Shown: positions 10,246-21,045, counted from the first letter of the whole stretch. The stretch: DNA of 63,395 bases, filler included, from Deltaproteobacteria bacterium (GCA_030698575.1; 12 parts of 12 records of this genome joined end to end with filler, not necessarily neighbours in it), one strand, 5' to 3'. Numbers and translations: made by a program. Notes: generated by a model not told the origin, from the letters alone.

Positions 10246-10407
10246 NNNNNNNNNNNNNNNNNNNNNNNNNNNNNNNNNNNNNNNNNNNNTTAATTAATTA
10301 ANNNNNNNNNNNNNNNNNNNNNNNNNNNNNNNNNNNNNNNNNNNNGGACTACCTCGGGATCACCGGGGATCTGACTGCGGGACCCTGAGCACGCCGTAGA
10401 CGGGAAG

Positions 10408-10442
10408 AAAAAACGCCCGGCCGCGCAATCGGCCGGGCGTTT
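10408..10442 (-). terminator. intrinsic terminator
   Basis: AAACGCCCGGCCG-N6-CGGCCGGGCGTTT with a T-run on the minus strand, right after the 10445 stop. Confidence 0.75.
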
Positions 10443-10444
10443 CA

Positions 10445-10762
10445 TTAAGGGGGGGGGGCCATCTCCTTCATCACCCTGAAGCGGGCTCCCTCGGTCTCCA
10501 GGCAGTCCTTGATCACGCAAAGACGGCAGCCCTCGAGGCCGGCCTCAACCTGCACCCTTGCCTCGACGCGGCACCGATCACGGGCCGAACGAAAAGCCGG
10601 AAGATCGGCCCCGGTTGCGCCCTCACCCGGGGCCAGGAAGCCCAGGCTACGGGCCTCCCTTGCCTGAAATATCGCCGAGGCCGGATTGTCCGTTCTCCAC
10701 AGGGCCAGTCCGAGGGCGCCCGCCATGACAACAAACACAACGGCGCGCAAGAACTTGCCCAT
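10445..10762 (-). CDS. small membrane-anchored hypothetical protein
   Basis: N-terminal TM, 4 Cys, followed by a terminator. Confidence 0.6.
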   Translation of the reverse strand: MGKFLRAVVFVVMAGALGLALWRTDNPASAIFQAREARSLGFLAPGEGATGADLPAFRSARDRCRVEARVQVEAGLEGCRLCVIKDCLETEGARFRVMKEMAPPP

Positions 10763-10819
10763 TGAATCCCTCTTGCCCGCGACCCGCCGATCGGGCTTCT
10801 CTTCCGGCGCTCGTTGCCG

Positions 10820-12478
10820 TCACTTCTTCGTTGTTTCTGGCTTCTCCAGGGGAAGTTCGAGAGTGAAGCAGGCGCCCCTGCCGGGCGTGTTCTTGAGGCC
10901 CAGCCTCCCGCCGTGCTGCTGGACGATCCCCTCGACGATGTTCAGGCCCATCCCCGAACCCCGGCTCTTCGTCGTGAAGAAGAGCTCGAAGACGTTGATG
11001 TCCTCGGGAACCCCGGGCCCCGTGTCGGTGAAGTCGACGTGGGCGGAATCGTTCATCACGCGGGTGAGCACCGTGAGGCTTCCACCCTCCGACATCGCGT
11101 CGATGGCGTTCGTGACGAGGTTCAGCATGGCCTGCTTGAGCTTGTCGCCGTCCACCAGCACGAGAGGCATGTCCTCTCCGTACTTCTTCCGGAACCGGAT
11201 GCCGCACTCATCGGCCCGGGGCTGCTCGAGCGCAAGAACATCGTCGATGAGCGTGTGAAGATTGAATGACTGCCTCTGGATGTCGCCAGGCCGCGACAGC
11301 AGAAGGAAATCGTTGACCAAGCCGGCAAGCCGGTCGACCTCCCCGCGAATGCTGTCAATCGCCCGGAGCGACTTCTCACGTGATTCCTCACCCGGCTCCC
11401 CTACCCGGCGCTCGAGGATGGCCAGGTGGAGCCCCATGGCGTTGAGGGGATTTCGCACTTCATGGGCGAGTATTGACGAGAGCTTTCCGACGGCCGCCAG
11501 TTTCTCCGACTGCTGCACTTGCCGGTGCATCCTGTTCCGCTCCGACACGTCGCTCATGTAGACCCGCAAGGGCGAGGCCACCTTGTGGCGCTCGACGACC
11601 GCCGCGTAGGATTCGACCTCCACCCGATCGCCGTTGAAACGCGATAGAACCGTCTCGAACTGGTTGAAGCCGTTCTCCCAGGCCTTCGCAATCTCCTTCA
11701 AATAGGCCTCGCGCTCCCCCTCCTCCACGATGAAGTCGTGTGTCCGGTCGGCAAGCTCAGCATGGGAGTAACCGAGCCGCTCGAGCACCCGCGGATTAAG
11801 GTGCTCGAACTTCCCGTCACGCTCGATCTGGTAGATCATGGACGGCGCCATCTCGATGACGGTACGGTAGCGACCCTCTAAAGCCGCCACCTCTCGAGTG
11901 CGTAGCTTCACCCGGTCCTCGAGCTGGAGATTCAAGGATTCCAGCTCCTGGTTCGTCCTTCGTAGCTGATCTCGGGAAGAGAGGATGTAGGCTTCCATCG
12001 CAAGCTGCATGTCGAGATTCAACACCCGCTCGAGGGCGATTATCGCCGCCGAGGCCTTACGGCGATTCCTTTTAAAATGAATCTCGATAATGGGGTGCAG
12101 GAGCGTCAGATAGAGCGCGTAGGCGCCCAGATACCATCGGGGCAAGAGCTGAATTCTGTCATGCGTGAAACCGATGCGGAGGCGGCTTTCGTAGTACTCG
12201 GGGCCATAGTCGCCCTCGAACAGCGAGATCAGGTATTTGCGCTGGGTTATGAGCAGGCGGTTGCGCAGTTCATCGCTTGCCAGGATCGCGCGGGTTTCGG
12301 GGAAGCGGAGAAGGTGCGAATAGAAGGCCTGCGCCAGAGAGTCGGCGCGGGCCTCGACGGCGGGCTTGAGGCTCTTGAGCAGCCCGATGTCGTCGTCCGA
12401 CAGCTGCAGGTAGGCCCGCCGCGCCTCCCGCTCCTTTTCGTCGTACCCCGTCGCGGGCAGCACCCTTTTACTGCCCAT
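10820..12478 (-). CDS. globin-coupled (protoglobin) PAS histidine kinase
   Basis: FYSHLLRFPE, RLRIGFTHDRIQLLPRWYLGAY (globin sensor); PAS; AHEVRNPL; NLVTNAIDAM, DTGPG, GSGMGL; start may be 12556. Confidence 0.88.
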   Translation of the reverse strand: MGSKRVLPATGYDEKEREARRAYLQLSDDDIGLLKSLKPAVEARADSLAQAFYSHLLRFPETRAILASDELRNRLLITQRKYLISLFEGDYGPEYYESRLRIGFTHDRIQLLPRWYLGAYALYLTLLHPIIEIHFKRNRRKASAAIIALERVLNLDMQLAMEAYILSSRDQLRRTNQELESLNLQLEDRVKLRTREVAALEGRYRTVIEMAPSMIYQIERDGKFEHLNPRVLERLGYSHAELADRTHDFIVEEGEREAYLKEIAKAWENGFNQFETVLSRFNGDRVEVESYAAVVERHKVASPLRVYMSDVSERNRMHRQVQQSEKLAAVGKLSSILAHEVRNPLNAMGLHLAILERRVGEPGEESREKSLRAIDSIRGEVDRLAGLVNDFLLLSRPGDIQRQSFNLHTLIDDVLALEQPRADECGIRFRKKYGEDMPLVLVDGDKLKQAMLNLVTNAIDAMSEGGSLTVLTRVMNDSAHVDFTDTGPGVPEDINVFELFFTTKSRGSGMGLNIVEGIVQQHGGRLGLKNTPGRGACFTLELPLEKPETTKK

Positions 12479-12612
12479 ATTGTCCACGACCCTCTCTCCG
12501 CTTGCGTTCCGGAAATCGAGCCTGGACTCTACCACGGAGGCGGCCACCCAGGCCATCGGGCCGTTATCCGGCCCCGGCGGCTGCCAGAAGAATCCCCAGG
12601 CTGGCGCTGAAA

Positions 12613-12894
12613 TCAGAAGTGGCGCGCGATCTCTTCCGACGCGGCCCGCGCTTCCCCCGCCTCCAGCCGTAGCTCCGCTATGAGCCTGTAGGCATCGATT
12701 CCGGCCGAGAGCGCGGCCTTCTCAAGGGTCAAATCCCCGCCGCAACAGGAATCGATTCCGTGCCGCCTGAAGACCATCAGAGCACCTGGGAAATTTTCGA
12801 TGATGTCGTTCACGATCTTGTTTTCGTTGATTTCGGCATCCATCAGCTCCTCGTTTCTGCTTCGGTCCTTTCCCTGGGCGTTCTTTGTAGTCAT
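12613..12894 (-). CDS. stand-alone ScdA_N/DUF542 domain protein
   Basis: VFRRHGIDSCCGGDLTLEKAA. Confidence 0.8.
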   Translation of the reverse strand: MTTKNAQGKDRSRNEELMDAEINENKIVNDIIENFPGALMVFRRHGIDSCCGGDLTLEKAALSAGIDAYRLIAELRLEAGEARAASEEIARHF

Positions 12895-13023
12895 AGGCGT
12901 ACCTCCAGCTCCTTCACCCGCTCNNNNNNNNNNNNNNNNNNNNNNNNNNNNNNNNNNNNNNNNNNNNTTAATTAATTAANNNNNNNNNNNNNNNNNNNNN
13001 NNNNNNNNNNNNNNNNNNNNNNN

Positions 13024-13490
13024 CGGATGGCCGCCTCGCAGTCCTTGGCGTTCCGGCGCTGATGGGCCATGGCGCGGTTGTACCGATGGTAATCAAACTG
13101 GCCGTTGGGGTGGAAGGCAGGCAGCTTCACGATCTCGTCGCGAAGCTCCGTGTCGGTGATCTCCAGGCCGAGGGTCCGGGCGCCATGGCGGAGAAGCATC
13201 TGGTCCTCGAGGTCGTTCAGGACCTGCTGGGGGATCCCCAGCTCTTTGCTCTTCTCGTCGGTCCAGCTATCGCCCAGCATCTGCTCGAGCTGCCCCTCCC
13301 GATCGGCCAGAGCGTTAGAGAAGACCCGCCGGTCGATGGGCTGCCCGTAGACGCTGGAGACGTTGTTCGGATTGCTGGCGCTCGAGAGGCTTCCCCCCCC
13401 ACCCAGTGAGAAGGTGAAGGCGAGTATGATAATCGCCAGAATACCGTAGATGAAGATGCTCTGGGTCTGCGTACGGAGCCATCCGAGCAT
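13024..13490 (-). CDS. ppiD: SurA N-terminal domain protein (PpiD-like), partial
   Basis: N-terminal TM, LGLEITDTELRDEIVKLPAFHPNGQFD; divergent from mreB. Confidence 0.8.
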
Positions 13491-13742
13491 GGCGGTGAAA
13501 CCTCCTAAAGAGAAAACCGGGTCGTCCCCTCAAGCCTACCGTGGTCCTTCCGATAAGCCCCTTAACAGGTAGGCGATGAGCCCGGGGGGGGATCGCCACA
13601 AGCTAACAAGTGGTTGATCGAATATCAATCATCCCGGCCTGTCGGCGGTGCCGGGCGCCGGCCTCGACCGGCGGATCTTCCGGAGCCGCCCCCCCGTCCG
13701 TCATCGCCCTTCGACCACAAATAATCAGGATCGGGAGCGAAC

Positions 13743-14780
13743 ATGATCCTCGACCGTCTCCTGGGATTCTTCTCCAGCGACCTGGCCATCGATCTCGGCA
13801 CCGCCAACACGCTCGTATTCGTCAAGGGGCGCGGCATTGTCTGCAACGAGCCCTCGGTTGTCGCCGTCCATAAAGACGCGCGAGGCGCCGACCGCGTGCG
13901 GGCCGTGGGAACCGCCGCCAAGGAGATGATAGGGCGCACTCCCGGCAACATCGAGGCCATCCGGCCTCTCAAGGACGGCGTCATCGCTGATTTCGAGATC
14001 ACCGAGGCGCTGCTTCGCTTCTGCATCGAGAAGTCGCATCAGCGCTCCCGGCTCGTCAGGCCTCGCATGGTCATATGCGTCCCTTCGGGAATCACCGAAG
14101 TGGAGAAGCGGGCCGTTCGCGAGTCGGCGGTGTCCGCCGGCGCCCGCGAGGTCTTCCTGATGGAGGAGCCGATGGCGGCCGCCATCGGCGCAGGGCTTCC
14201 GGTGGGTGAAGCCTCCGGCAACATGGTGGTGGACATCGGCGGAGGAACGACAGAGGTGGCCGTGATCTCGCTTACGGGGGTCGTTTACTCGAACTCCGTC
14301 CGGGTGGGCGGCGACAAGATGGACGAGGCGCTCATCCACCACATCAAGCGCAACCACAATCTTCTCATCGGTGACCGAACGGCAGAGCAGATCAAGATCA
14401 CGATCGGGACCGCATGTCCGACCGAAACGCCACGCCTCATCGAGGTCAAGGGGCGCGACCTGGTCACGGGAATACCCCGCATCCTGGAGCTGAAGAGCGA
14501 CGAGGTTCGCGAGGCGCTGACCGAATCGGTGAACACCGTGGTCGAGGCTGTCCGCGTGGCACTGGAACGAACGCCCCCGGAGCTGGCGGCCGACATCGTT
14601 GACCGCGGGATCATGATGGTGGGCGGCGGGTCGCTTCTGGAGGGTTTCGACGCGCTCATCCGCAAGCAAACGGGGCTTCCCGTCCTCCATGCCGATGACC
14701 CCTTCACCGCGGTGGTCCGCGGCGCCGGGCTCTGCCTCGACGACCCCGCGCTTCTCGAGCAGGTGGCCCTGCGCCTCTAG
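13743..14780 (+). CDS. mreB: rod shape-determining protein MreB
   Basis: [34 protein letters not shown]. Confidence 0.97.
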   Translation: MILDRLLGFFSSDLAIDLGTANTLVFVKGRGIVCNEPSVVAVHKDARGADRVRAVGTAAKEMIGRTPGNIEAIRPLKDGVIADFEITEALLRFCIEKSHQRSRLVRPRMVICVPSGITEVEKRAVRESAVSAGAREVFLMEEPMAAAIGAGLPVGEASGNMVVDIGGGTTEVAVISLTGVVYSNSVRVGGDKMDEALIHHIKRNHNLLIGDRTAEQIKITIGTACPTETPRLIEVKGRDLVTGIPRILELKSDEVREALTESVNTVVEAVRVALERTPPELAADIVDRGIMMVGGGSLLEGFDALIRKQTGLPVLHADDPFTAVVRGAGLCLDDPALLEQVALRL

Positions 14781-14903
14781 AGGAGGGCCCCGGGCCGAAA
14801 TCTCGAATTTTGTTTGCAGGGCGCGGCAGGGCTGCGTTAGACTCTGCGAACCGGCACCTGAACTGCACCGAACCGGGGGACGGCCCCGCACAAGCGACGG
14901 GCG

Positions 14904-15764
14904 ATGTTCCAATTCCTGGGAAAAAACCGCATCTATCTGACCGCAGCCGTGCTGCTGGGCGCCGCAGCGTTGCTCCTGTCTTCAAGCATCCAGCGTGAGA
15001 CCCGTTTCTCCTTCATCGATCGCCTCATTTTTGATCTGGCTGTGCCCATCCAGAAAATGGTCGCCGTTCCGGCTCAGACGGTCAGGGAGGTCTGGGGGGA
15101 TTACGTCGCCCTCATGGGCGTGTCAGAGGAGAACAAGGAGCTCCGCCGCCGCATCTCCGATCTGGCCGAGGAGAACCGCCAGTTCCGCGAGGCCCTGCTG
15201 ACGGCCGAGCGCTACCGCCTCATCGGCGAGATGCGCGACCGGCTGCCCCAGCCCATGATCCCGGCCAGTGTCATCGGCGAGGACTCCACCGCCTGGTTCC
15301 GTACGGTGCTGCTCGACAGGGGTGAGCGCGACGGCGTGAAGCGGGGAATGGCGGTGGTGACGGCCGAGGGCGTGGTGGGCCACGTGGTGGCGGCCTCGTC
15401 TCGCGCCGCGAAAGTGCTGCTCGTCATCGATACCACGAGCGCGGTCGACGTCATGGTCGAGCGATCGCGAGCCCGCGGGATCGTCGAAGGCGAGCGTGAC
15501 AGCCTCTGCGCTCTCAAGTACATGGTGCACGGCGACGACGTGAAGGTGGGCGACCGGCTCGTCTCGTCGGGCATGGGCGGATTTTTCCCCAAGGGGCTGC
15601 CCGTGGGGAAGGTGACCGAGATCGCGACCGAGAAGCGGGGGCTTTTTCAGCAGGCTATCGTTCAGCCCTCCGTGGATTTCAACAAGCTCGAGGAAGTTTT
15701 CGTGATCCTCGAGCTCTCGCCACAGCAGAAGCTCCTCGAGGAGCTGGCCCCGCCGCTGGGATGA
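14904..15764 (+). CDS. mreC: rod shape-determining protein MreC
   Basis: TM, coiled coil, SSGMGGFFPKGLPVG; operon position. Confidence 0.93.
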   Translation: MFQFLGKNRIYLTAAVLLGAAALLLSSSIQRETRFSFIDRLIFDLAVPIQKMVAVPAQTVREVWGDYVALMGVSEENKELRRRISDLAEENRQFREALLTAERYRLIGEMRDRLPQPMIPASVIGEDSTAWFRTVLLDRGERDGVKRGMAVVTAEGVVGHVVAASSRAAKVLLVIDTTSAVDVMVERSRARGIVEGERDSLCALKYMVHGDDVKVGDRLVSSGMGGFFPKGLPVGKVTEIATEKRGLFQQAIVQPSVDFNKLEEVFVILELSPQQKLLEELAPPLG

Positions 15765-15765
15765 T

Positions 15766-16287
15766 GTGAAGCGTTTCCTGCTGTTGTTCGCCGCCGGTTT
15801 CGTCGCCGTTCTTATCCAGGTGACGTTGTTCGACTATCTGCCCCTCGGCGGCCTGAAACCCGACCTCCTGCTCATCGTGGTCCTTTACATCGGGTTCTTT
15901 CTCCCTTCGAACGAGGGCGGCGTTCTTTGCTTTGCCCTGGGCTACGTCGAGGACCTGTTCTCGGGCCACCTCATGGGGCTCTTCACGCTCATGCGGGTGG
16001 TGGCATGGCTGGCTGCAAGGCTCATGAGCGGCATGCTGAATCTGAAGTCGGTCTTCGCCCAGACGATCTTCGTGGCGATCTACAGCATCGCGGACTACTT
16101 CATCCTGGTCGCTGCACTCCGCCTCTTTGGCGGCGCCGAGTTCCCCGTGCCGGCGCCGGGCAACGACCTGTGGCGGCTGGCGCTGATGAACGCCGCCGCC
16201 GCCCCCCTCGTGATCACCCTGCTCCTCCGGGCGGACCGGTGGCTCTCGCGGGACCAGGATCGCCGCTCCCTCGATCTGCTTCGGTAG
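15766..16287 (+). CDS. mreD: rod shape-determining protein MreD
   Basis: KPDLLLIVV, GYVEDLFSG; hydrophobic; operon position. Confidence 0.88.
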   Translation: MKRFLLLFAAGFVAVLIQVTLFDYLPLGGLKPDLLLIVVLYIGFFLPSNEGGVLCFALGYVEDLFSGHLMGLFTLMRVVAWLAARLMSGMLNLKSVFAQTIFVAIYSIADYFILVAALRLFGGAEFPVPAPGNDLWRLALMNAAAAPLVITLLLRADRWLSRDQDRRSLDLLR

Positions 16288-16334
16288 GTGGGAGCGCTCG
16301 ACCGGGCGCGCTATGACTGCCAGAGGCTTTCAGA

Positions 16335-18191
16335 ATGAGCACCCTTTCCACGCAGCACGACGCCCAGGAGTACCGCCAGCGCTTCGTGCTGGCCTTCACG
16401 CTCGTTGCGATGGTCTTCGTGGTGCTGTTCTGCCGTCTCTTCTACCTCCAGATCATCCAGGCCGATTACTTCAAGGAAACCGCCCAGAGGAACAGCATCC
16501 GCATGCGCCGGGCGCTGGCGCCCCGCGGAGTGCTTTACGACCGCAGTGGCGTGGTCCTGGCCGAGAGCCGCCCGTCCTTCAACCTCATGTGGATTCCCCA
16601 TGAGGTGAAGGACAAGGATCGGATGATCCAGCTGGTGGGGCGGCTTCTTGGACGCGACGAGAAGGAACTGCGCGCGACGCTCGAGAAGGCGCGGGTGAGA
16701 TACGGAAACCGCCCGCTCCCCATTGTCTCGGACATGAGCCGAGACGAGCTTGCCCTGGTGGAGAGCGCCAAGCTTTCGCTGCAGGGCCTCGTCGTTGACG
16801 TGCAGCCGGTTCGCCACTATCTCCACGCCGGTTTCGCGGCGCACCTGATGGGTTATCTCAGCGAAATCAACCAGCGCGAGCTGGACAAGAAGGAGTTCGC
16901 CGGCTACCGCCAGGGGGACTTCATCGGGAAGTACGGGATCGAGAAGACCTACGAGCGCTTTCTCCGGGGGCGGGACGGGGGGAAGAACGTCGAGGTCGAC
17001 GTGCGGGGGCGCGAGCTGCGTGTGCTCGGTGAGATCGAATCGACGCCCGGCAACAACCTCTACCTGACCATCGACTTCAAGACCCAGAAGGCGGCCGAGG
17101 AGGCGATGGACCTCCAGGAGGGGGCGCTGGTCGCCCTCGATCCGCGCAACGGCGACGTGCTCGCCATGGTCTCACGTCCCTCCTTCAACCCCGCGGACTT
17201 CTCGACCGGCGTGTCGTCGAAGATCTGGGCCGATCTGACAACCGATCCGCACCATCCGCTCAACAATCGCGTCCTCCAGGGGACCTACGCGCCCGGATCG
17301 ACCTACAAGCCATTCACCGCGGCGGCCGGACTCGAGAGCGGGAAGATCCAGCCGAATACGATTCTCGGCTGCCCCGGATCCTACACGCTGGGCGGCCATA
17401 CCTACCGCTGCTGGAAGCGCGGCGGGCACGGCTCGGTGAACTTGCACAAGGCCATCGTCCAGTCCTGCGACACCTACTTCTACAAGGTCGGCGTGAAGGT
17501 CGGCGTCAACCAGATTGCCTTCTTCTCCCGCTCCTTCGGGCTCGGCGGCATCCTGGGGATTCCGCTCACCGGCGAGAAGGGGGGGCTCATTCCGACGGCC
17601 GAGTGGAAGATGAAGCGCTTCGGATACAAGTGGATGCTGGGGGAAACCCCTTCGATCGCCATCGGCCAGGGCTACGATCTCGTCACACCGCTCCAGCTTG
17701 CGACGGGATACGCGGCCATCGCGAACGGCGGGAAGGTTTTCGTGCCGCGGCTTCTCCGCAAGGTGGTTGATCCGGGCGGGCTGCTCATCGAGAAGACCGA
17801 GCCGGTCCTCAAACGGCGGGTGGCGTTGAGCGACGAGAACCTGGCGCTGCTCCGGAAGGGGCTGGAAGGGGTCGTGAACGAACCGGGCGGTACGGGCTCC
17901 CGTGCACGGGTCCCCGGCATCGTGGTGGCGGGCAAGACCGGGACGGCCCAGGTGGCGGCGCACTACACCGGTTCGCTTTCGGCGATTCCGTACAAGTATC
18001 GCGACAACGCGCTTTTCGCGGCCTACGCGCCCGCGGAGGATCCGCAAATCGTGGTTGCCGTGGTCGCGGAGCACAGCGGCCACGGCGGGTCTGCGGCGGC
18101 GCCCATCGCGCAAAAGGTTCTTGCGGCCTACTTCGGCGTCGTCGAGGAAGAGAAAACGGCTTCCGCGCAGGAAGGCGCCGGCCATGATTGA
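16335..18191 (+). CDS. mrdA: penicillin-binding protein 2
   Basis: PGSTYK, SCD and KTGTAQ motifs. Confidence 0.95.
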   Translation: MSTLSTQHDAQEYRQRFVLAFTLVAMVFVVLFCRLFYLQIIQADYFKETAQRNSIRMRRALAPRGVLYDRSGVVLAESRPSFNLMWIPHEVKDKDRMIQLVGRLLGRDEKELRATLEKARVRYGNRPLPIVSDMSRDELALVESAKLSLQGLVVDVQPVRHYLHAGFAAHLMGYLSEINQRELDKKEFAGYRQGDFIGKYGIEKTYERFLRGRDGGKNVEVDVRGRELRVLGEIESTPGNNLYLTIDFKTQKAAEEAMDLQEGALVALDPRNGDVLAMVSRPSFNPADFSTGVSSKIWADLTTDPHHPLNNRVLQGTYAPGSTYKPFTAAAGLESGKIQPNTILGCPGSYTLGGHTYRCWKRGGHGSVNLHKAIVQSCDTYFYKVGVKVGVNQIAFFSRSFGLGGILGIPLTGEKGGLIPTAEWKMKRFGYKWMLGETPSIAIGQGYDLVTPLQLATGYAAIANGGKVFVPRLLRKVVDPGGLLIEKTEPVLKRRVALSDENLALLRKGLEGVVNEPGGTGSRARVPGIVVAGKTGTAQVAAHYTGSLSAIPYKYRDNALFAAYAPAEDPQIVVAVVAEHSGHGGSAAAPIAQKVLAAYFGVVEEEKTASAQEGAGHD

Positions 18192-19287
18192 CCGCCGCCT
18201 TCTCCAGAATTTCGACACGACGCTCCTGCTGCTCGCGCTCGCAATCGCCGCGCTCGGGATCCTTAACCTCTATAGCGCAACCTACCTTGGCCACCGGGGG
18301 GGCGAAAGCAACGCCTACCTGAAACAGCTCGTCTGGATGGGGCTGGCCGTCATTGCGTTCCTCGCCGCGCTCATCCCGGACTACCGGATCTTCGAGCGGG
18401 CGGCCTACCCGATCTACTGGGGGACAGTCGCCCTGCTGGGGGCCGTATTGCTCATCGGGACGATCGCGAAGGGGAGCCAGCGGTGGCTGTCGGTCGGCCC
18501 GATCATGATCCAGCCCTCGGAGCTGGTGAAAATCGCGGTGGTCCTCGTCCTGGCGCGGTACTTCCATCGCAACCGGGTGCCGGGGCCGTACTATTTGCGC
18601 GACCTCTTCTGGCCGACCGTGATCCTCGCGATCCCCTTCCTGCTGGTTCTCAAGCAGCCCGATCTGGGAACGGCGCTGATGATCGCTGCGACGGGCGGAA
18701 CGGTCCTGCTGATGCTGCCAATCCGGGGGCGGTCGCTTCTCGCGATCGTGGGGGTGTCGGTAGCCGGCCTCGTCGTGGCCTGGACCTACTTCCTGCACGA
18801 CTACCAGCGAATGCGCGTCAAATCCTTCCTCAATCCGGAAATGGATCCGCTGAACTCGGGATACCAGGCCATCCAGTCAAAGATAGCCGTGGGGTCCGGC
18901 GGGCTCTGGGGGAAAGGTTTCCTGAAGGGAACCCAGACACAGCTCGATTTTCTTCCCGAGCAGCAGACCGACTTCATCTTCAGTGTCCTGGCCGAGGAGT
19001 GGGGGTTCATTGGAGCGGGACTGATGCTTGCGCTCTACATGGTCCTTATCCTTTACGCGCTCAACATCGCGCGAATCTCCAAGGATGCCTTCGGCGCGCT
19101 GGTAGGCGCGGGCGTGGTGGGCATGCTATTCTGGCCCATGCTGGTGAACATCGGGATGGTGATCGGGTTCATGCCCGTAGTGGGCGTTCCGCTGCCGCTC
19201 ATGAGTTACGGGGGATCCTCCCTGGTCGTCACGTTCTTCGGGATCGGCCTCTTGATGAACATCCGCATGCGCCGCTTCACCTTCTGA
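18184..19287 (+). CDS. rodA: rod shape-determining protein RodA
   Basis: IQPSELVK, QPDLGT, LPEQQTDFIF, LPLMSYGGSS. Confidence 0.95.
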   Translation: MIDRRLLQNFDTTLLLLALAIAALGILNLYSATYLGHRGGESNAYLKQLVWMGLAVIAFLAALIPDYRIFERAAYPIYWGTVALLGAVLLIGTIAKGSQRWLSVGPIMIQPSELVKIAVVLVLARYFHRNRVPGPYYLRDLFWPTVILAIPFLLVLKQPDLGTALMIAATGGTVLLMLPIRGRSLLAIVGVSVAGLVVAWTYFLHDYQRMRVKSFLNPEMDPLNSGYQAIQSKIAVGSGGLWGKGFLKGTQTQLDFLPEQQTDFIFSVLAEEWGFIGAGLMLALYMVLILYALNIARISKDAFGALVGAGVVGMLFWPMLVNIGMVIGFMPVVGVPLPLMSYGGSSLVVTFFGIGLLMNIRMRRFTF

Positions 19288-19307
19288 ACTCCCACGGTTC
19301 CGCTCTT

Positions 19308-20063
19308 ATGGCCACGCAACGCGCGAGCAAGAAGCGCCCGGCAGGGCGCGACAGGCCCAAGCCGCCGCCCCGCGGCGCCCCCGCGCCCAGGCAGCGCAGC
19401 GTCCCGGCTGCGTTCTTCGACGTCGACAAGACCATCATCAGCCAGAATTCCGGCACGCTTTTTCTCAAGTACCTTTACGAACAGGGTCGCGCGACCCGGA
19501 TGGACATCGTGAAGGGGCTCGCCTCGTACATGCAGTACAAGTTGAATCTGCTCGACATCGAGCGCTTCTCGAAGCGGACTGTGGTGCAATTCAAGGGGCA
19601 GAGCGAGTCAGAGATGATCGCGTTTAGCCTGGAGTGGTACGACGAAGTGGTGCGCCACTACATCTACCCGGAGGCGCGGACGATTATCAATCGCCACCTG
19701 GAGGATAAGTTCATGGTGGCGCTGGTTACCGGCGCAACGCGCTATGTGGCCGAGCCCCTGGCGCGCGATCTGGGCATCACGCATGTGATCTGCACCCAGC
19801 TCGAAGTGCGCCGTGGGCTCTTTACCGGCCGGGTGGTAGACCCGATCTGCTTCGGTGAGGGGAAGATCCTGAAGCTGAGGGAGTTCGTCGCGGAGCATCG
19901 AATCGATCTGGCCAGGAGCTACTTCTACACCGACAGCATCTCCGACCTGCCGCTGCTCGAGGTCGTCGGGCACCCGCAGGTCGTCAATCCTGATCCTCTG
20001 CTCTACCGGCGGGCTGCGCGCCGGAAGTGGCCGGTGAAAATGTTCGGCGCGGCCGTCGACTAG
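19308..20063 (+). CDS. HAD-IB family hydrolase (SerB1-like)
   Basis: AAFFDVDKTI, CFGEGK, YFYTDSISDLPLLEVVGHPQVVNPD. Confidence 0.88.
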   Translation: MATQRASKKRPAGRDRPKPPPRGAPAPRQRSVPAAFFDVDKTIISQNSGTLFLKYLYEQGRATRMDIVKGLASYMQYKLNLLDIERFSKRTVVQFKGQSESEMIAFSLEWYDEVVRHYIYPEARTIINRHLEDKFMVALVTGATRYVAEPLARDLGITHVICTQLEVRRGLFTGRVVDPICFGEGKILKLREFVAEHRIDLARSYFYTDSISDLPLLEVVGHPQVVNPDPLLYRRAARRKWPVKMFGAAVD

Positions 20064-20392
20064 ACGTGCCGGTCGATCATCTCCTTGAGCTTCGCCTTCG
20101 GAACATATCCGATGATCTGATCCACCACCTTGCCGTCCTTGAAGAGCAGCATGGCGGGAATCCCCCGGACGCCGTAGCGGGTCGGGAGGCTGATGTTCTC
20201 GTCGACGTTCATCTTGGTGAACCTGACCCGACCGTCGTAGTCCCCCGCCAGCTCCTCGACCACCGGGGCCACCATCTTGCAGGGGCCGCACCACTCCGCC
20301 CAGAAGTCCACGAGGGTGGGTTTCTCCGATTTGAGAACATCCTCCTCGAAGCTCTGTTCGCTGACGGCGGCTACCTTTTCAGATCCGGACAT
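20060..20392 (-). CDS. trxA: thioredoxin
   Basis: WAEWCGPCK. Confidence 0.96.
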   Translation of the reverse strand: MSGSEKVAAVSEQSFEEDVLKSEKPTLVDFWAEWCGPCKMVAPVVEELAGDYDGRVRFTKMNVDENISLPTRYGVRGIPAMLLFKDGKVVDQIIGYVPKAKLKEMIDRHV

Positions 20393-20459
20393 CGAAGTCT
20401 CCTTCGTTAAAATTGAGAATGCCTTCCGCCGCTGAAACTAGCCGCCGGACGCAGTCACG

Positions 20460-20963
20460 TCAATCGACGGTCGGGCCGACGGCCCCGACGCGCGCGTGGG
20501 CGGTCGGCGGGACACGAATGCACGCGACTCGTTCGAAATTGAGCCGCGCGAGCAGAGCGGCCGTCTCCGCCGCGTCCTCCTCGGTGGCCGCGAGCACGTA
20601 GATCGGATCGCCTTTGTGCTCCTCCAGCTCATCGATCCGGTTCTCGAGCTGCATGCGGGGAATGCGCCGGGTGCGCGCGAGGGCCGACCCGTCGCCGTGC
20701 AGCCGGACGTCGAGCACCATGGCCTTTTCATCGGCGCCGACCTCCCGCTGCGCCTCGTCGGGATCGACCATCCGCACCGAGAGTCCCGTGCCGGTGGGGC
20801 GCAGGTAGAAATCCCAGAAGTGGTAGGTCGCCAGGGCCAGCAGCAGGGCCGCCGGGAGAAGCCACAGGCGACGCCGACGGGGGCTTGTGGCGGCGGCGAC
20901 CGACGATTGATTTCCCAAGCAGATCCTCCGTTCCGGGCCGTGCGGCGGCGGGATGCGTGTCAA
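20460..20963 (-). CDS. membrane-anchored rhodanese-like protein
   Basis: TM, VLDVR, IPRMQLENRIDELEEHKGDPIYV; active-site Cys absent; start uncertain. Confidence 0.65.
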   Translation of the reverse strand: MTRIPPPHGPERRICLGNQSSVAAATSPRRRRLWLLPAALLLALATYHFWDFYLRPTGTGLSVRMVDPDEAQREVGADEKAMVLDVRLHGDGSALARTRRIPRMQLENRIDELEEHKGDPIYVLAATEEDAAETAALLARLNFERVACIRVPPTAHARVGAVGPTVD

Positions 20964-21010
20964 CCCAATTTAAGGTGCGAGGCGGCTCATCGTCAACGCC
21001 GCATGTCGTC

Positions 21011-21039
21011 TTGACACCCTCCGAGGGGCTACCTATCCT
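21011..21039 (+). promoter_or_regulatory. sigma70 promoter, probably leaderless gmhA transcript
   Basis: TTGACA-17bp-TATCCT ending 6 nt before the GTG; no SD. Confidence 0.6.
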
Positions 21040-21045
21040 GCGCGC

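Noticed and set aside
13743-19287. mreBCD-mrdA-rodA, moeA-mobB-mobA and rplJL clusters as novel systems
   Set aside because: Ordinary conserved housekeeping operons
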